Shown: one piece after another, positions 63,792-64,000 of the stretch
How the letters are laid out: the number at the start of each line of letters is the position of its first letter
Numbering within the stretch: position 1 is the stretch's first letter
Assembly (NCBI GenBank): GCA_965223155.1
Contig: CBDCVR010000013.1
Coordinates: forward strand, 640,001 to 704,000
DNA from: Candidatus Multivoradales bacterium
GTDB lineage: Bacteria > Acidobacteriota > Thermoanaerobaculia > Multivoradales > JAHEKO01
DNA length: 64,000 nt
Reading direction: 5' to 3'
The notes under the pieces: model-generated
The model's database searches: none
Seen by the model: the letters and a program-made list of their open reading frames with translations, nothing else
What the model was told of the DNA's origin: nothing
Position numbers and translations under genes: made by a program

Positions 63792-64000
63792 TTACGGCTG
63801 CGCCGGCGGCGACACTCCGTCGCTGCCTAGCAGGCGGCGCCAGGCCCAGGGCAGCCAGCGAAGCAACCGCGCGGAGAGCCACAGTGCCCAGAGGAGCATG
63901 AAGATTCGGAAGACCCAGAGGGGCAGCCACAGCACCCAGGGCCGCGGGAGGGCACCGGAAACGAGATCTCGATACCAGGAAAGTGAGAGGTCCCCACCGC
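63792..64000 (-). CDS. 3' end of a membrane protein entering from the right edge (partial)
   Basis: Open frame ...LSWYRDLVSGALPRPWVLWLPLWVFRIFMLLWALWLSARLLRWLPWAW...QP* ending at TAA 63794-63792; absent from the ORF track. Confidence 0.75.
   Translation of the reverse strand, partial: GGDLSLSWYRDLVSGALPRPWVLWLPLWVFRIFMLLWALWLSARLLRWLPWAWRRLLGSDGVSPPAQP

Larger units (their letters stand above)
58196..64000. mobile_element. putative tRNA-anchored genomic island / accessory region (right end not in window)
   Basis: Visible drop in GC and change in codon usage right after tRNA-Thr; orphan gene, pseudogene and long direct repeats; no integrase seen. Confidence 0.5.

Overview
GC-rich chromosomal window, most likely from an Acidobacteriota (Thermoanaerobaculia-like) genome. 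This is inferred from the paired acidobacterial-type VWA proteins and the lysS-lolC/E-lolD-clpC-bamA-skp-fabZ-lpxA gene order. Bases 1-58195 are mostly core genes: PLP enzymes, thiD/lgt/ypdA, cinA-plsY-gpsA-guaA, the envelope/lipid A operon running into mtnP-surE-pcm-apt-tRNA-Arg-deoA, purine salvage genes, an acyl-CoA synthetase, an A1-type cytochrome c oxidase operon and tRNA-Thr(CGT). After tRNA-Thr the sequence becomes visibly less GC-rich and looks like an accessory island. It holds an orphan protein, an M1 peptidase, and a frameshifted HNH nuclease remnant bracketed by two near-identical, palindrome-rich 177-bp repeats. Best observations: (1) two short ORFs at 78-683 are one in-frame AhpD/CMD-type gene with a CxxU selenocysteine codon and a SECIS-like hairpin; (2) the 177-bp structured repeats, each lying directly behind a minus-strand gene; (3) a cysteine-motif-less radical-SAM-like/PolX-HhH-like fusion; (4) Cys-rich small proteins flanking the oxidase operon; (5) probable CTG starts for fabZ and deoA, several leaderless genes, and 11-bp phased repeats in three divergent promoter regions. 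All family calls come from motif recognition by eye; no database searches were run.
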